A program made the position numbers and the translations under genes. Below are positions 62,822 to 64,000 of a stretch of 64,000 bases of DNA, piece by piece (position 1 is the first letter of the stretch; the number at the start of each line of letters is the position of its first letter). The notes beneath the pieces are model-generated. The model was given only the letters and a program-made list of their open reading frames with translations, was not told where the DNA came from and did not search any database. Origin of the DNA: Trueperaceae bacterium (GTDB taxonomy: Bacteria; Deinococcota; Deinococci; Deinococcales; Trueperaceae); assembly GCA_965213705.1 (NCBI GenBank), contig OZ243913.1:768001-832000 (forward strand), read 5' to 3'.

Positions 62822-63436
62822 GTGGAAGCGTACCGGTTCGAAGGGTTCGGCGACGCGTCGGGTATGGGGAAACGTCCGGCGGTCGTCGTGGTGGACTTTA
62901 TCAAGGGCTTTACCGACCCGGCGTGTCCGCTGGGGTCGAACCTGGACAAGGAAGTCGGGGCGACAAAGGCTTTGCTCGAGGCCGCCAGGGCGCAAGAGCT
63001 GCCCGTCTACTTCACCACGGTCGTTTACGGCGAAGCGGACAAGCGCGCGGGGTATTTTCTCCAGAAAGTTCCCGCCCTGGGCGTGCTTGCTCCGGACAGC
63101 CCGTGGGTCGAGGTGGACGAACGCTTGGCGCGCCGGGCGAGCGAGCCTCTATTTATCAAACGTTTTGCCAGCGCCTTTTTCGGGACCGACCTGAACGCCT
63201 ACCTCGCTTTCGAGCGGGTGGACACGGTCATCGTCACGGGCTGCACCACCTCGGGCTGCGTCCGCGCGACGGCGGTGGACGCGCTACAACACGGCTACCG
63301 CCTGGTCGTCCCGGAAGACTGCGTGGGTGACCGCTCGCAAGAAGCGCACGTGGCGAACCTGCGCGACATTCAGACCAAGTACGGAGACGTTTTGCCTTTG
63401 GACGAGGTGCTGCAAAGGTTGGAAAAAACAGCGTGA
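62822..63436 (+). CDS. Isochorismatase-family amidohydrolase (NicF/N-carbamoylsarcosine amidase-like)
   Basis: RPAVVVVDF..GFTD, KRFASAFFGT, GCTTSGCVRATAVDA. Confidence 0.88.
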   Translation: MEAYRFEGFGDASGMGKRPAVVVVDFIKGFTDPACPLGSNLDKEVGATKALLEAARAQELPVYFTTVVYGEADKRAGYFLQKVPALGVLAPDSPWVEVDERLARRASEPLFIKRFASAFFGTDLNAYLAFERVDTVIVTGCTTSGCVRATAVDALQHGYRLVVPEDCVGDRSQEAHVANLRDIQTKYGDVLPLDEVLQRLEKTA

Positions 63437-63514
63437 GTTCGGAGTGGTTTCGGCTGTGGACGGCGCGGGTAAGTGAGAGTTTCGATTTTGTTCAGCGTAG
63501 CGTCGCCATTCGTG

Positions 63515-63964
63515 TCAAACCGGCGGCAAGTCCAGAAGCTGTAACCCCGTCCCCGCGTCCGTCGCCCGCGACAAACTTCCCTCGTAACTCAGCATCGTAA
63601 ACTCGACGGCGAACGCTTTCGCGCTCACGACGTGCCCGCCCCAAAGCTTGACGTCGTCACCCGTCCTCGAGCTTAAACTCAGGTGCAAGTGAACATGCGG
63701 GTTATCGTCCAGGGTGCTTATCAGCCCGTGTCCCCCGACGATTTCAAAAGCGCCCGTGAGGGTGAGGGGTTCTAAACGTTCCCCTTTTTTGAAGTCGTAG
63801 GCGCTCAAGACGACCTCGCTCAGGCCGCCGAGCATAAAAACGTTCGCCGCACGGACGCCGTGAATCCCGGCCACCTGCACGAAGCTTTCGTGCAGGTCGG
63901 CGTCGCCGGTCAGGGTGCCCGCATAAACTATTGTCTTTTCGGAGATTTTTTGGAGTCGGAGCAT
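63515..63964 (-). CDS. PPC/DUF296 domain protein
   Basis: FEIVG..G, HVHLH, WGGHV. Confidence 0.78.
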   Translation of the reverse strand: MLRLQKISEKTIVYAGTLTGDADLHESFVQVAGIHGVRAANVFMLGGLSEVVLSAYDFKKGERLEPLTLTGAFEIVGGHGLISTLDDNPHVHLHLSLSSRTGDDVKLWGGHVVSAKAFAVEFTMLSYEGSLSRATDAGTGLQLLDLPPV

Positions 63965-64000
63965 AGGTGACGAGGGCGAGTTCGTTACTCGCTAGATGAC

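Overview
High-GC bacterial chromosomal window, probably Deinococcota/Trueperaceae-like (inferred from the many leaderless genes and Deinococcus-style small intergenic repeats). About 58 protein-coding genes; I found no rRNA, tRNA, CRISPR array or transposase. Core genes are lon, ispF, suhB, ndh, gyrB (interrupted by a 435-aa HNH-type intein), proA and a class II photolyase. Accessory content: a lower-GC AAC(3)-family + DUF4910 pair; a DEDDy exonuclease fused to a WYL-like domain; a signal-less BtuF-like + Dph6-like ATPase pair; an EAL-PAS-GGDEF protein; a Zn-finger/antirepressor/nuclease-like protein; DUF1800-DUF1501; and two paralogous sugar ABC operons in mirror orientation around a glycoside hydrolase. 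At the right end is an uncharacterised catabolic-looking operon (nitrilase-fold protein with Glu-Arg-Ser in place of Glu-Lys-Cys, aldehyde dehydrogenase, two beta-barrel paralogues, DsbA/FrnE-like protein, NicF-like amidohydrolase), beside an apparent deletion scar that truncated a peptide-ABC binding protein. Non-coding patterns: three diverged copies of a ~120-bp repeat, inverted heptamer arrays, recurrent 15-bp tandem duplications at gene ends, strong CTCGAG enrichment, GATC depletion, and two Phe-rich leaderless uORFs. All family calls are by-eye motif recognition, not database searches.
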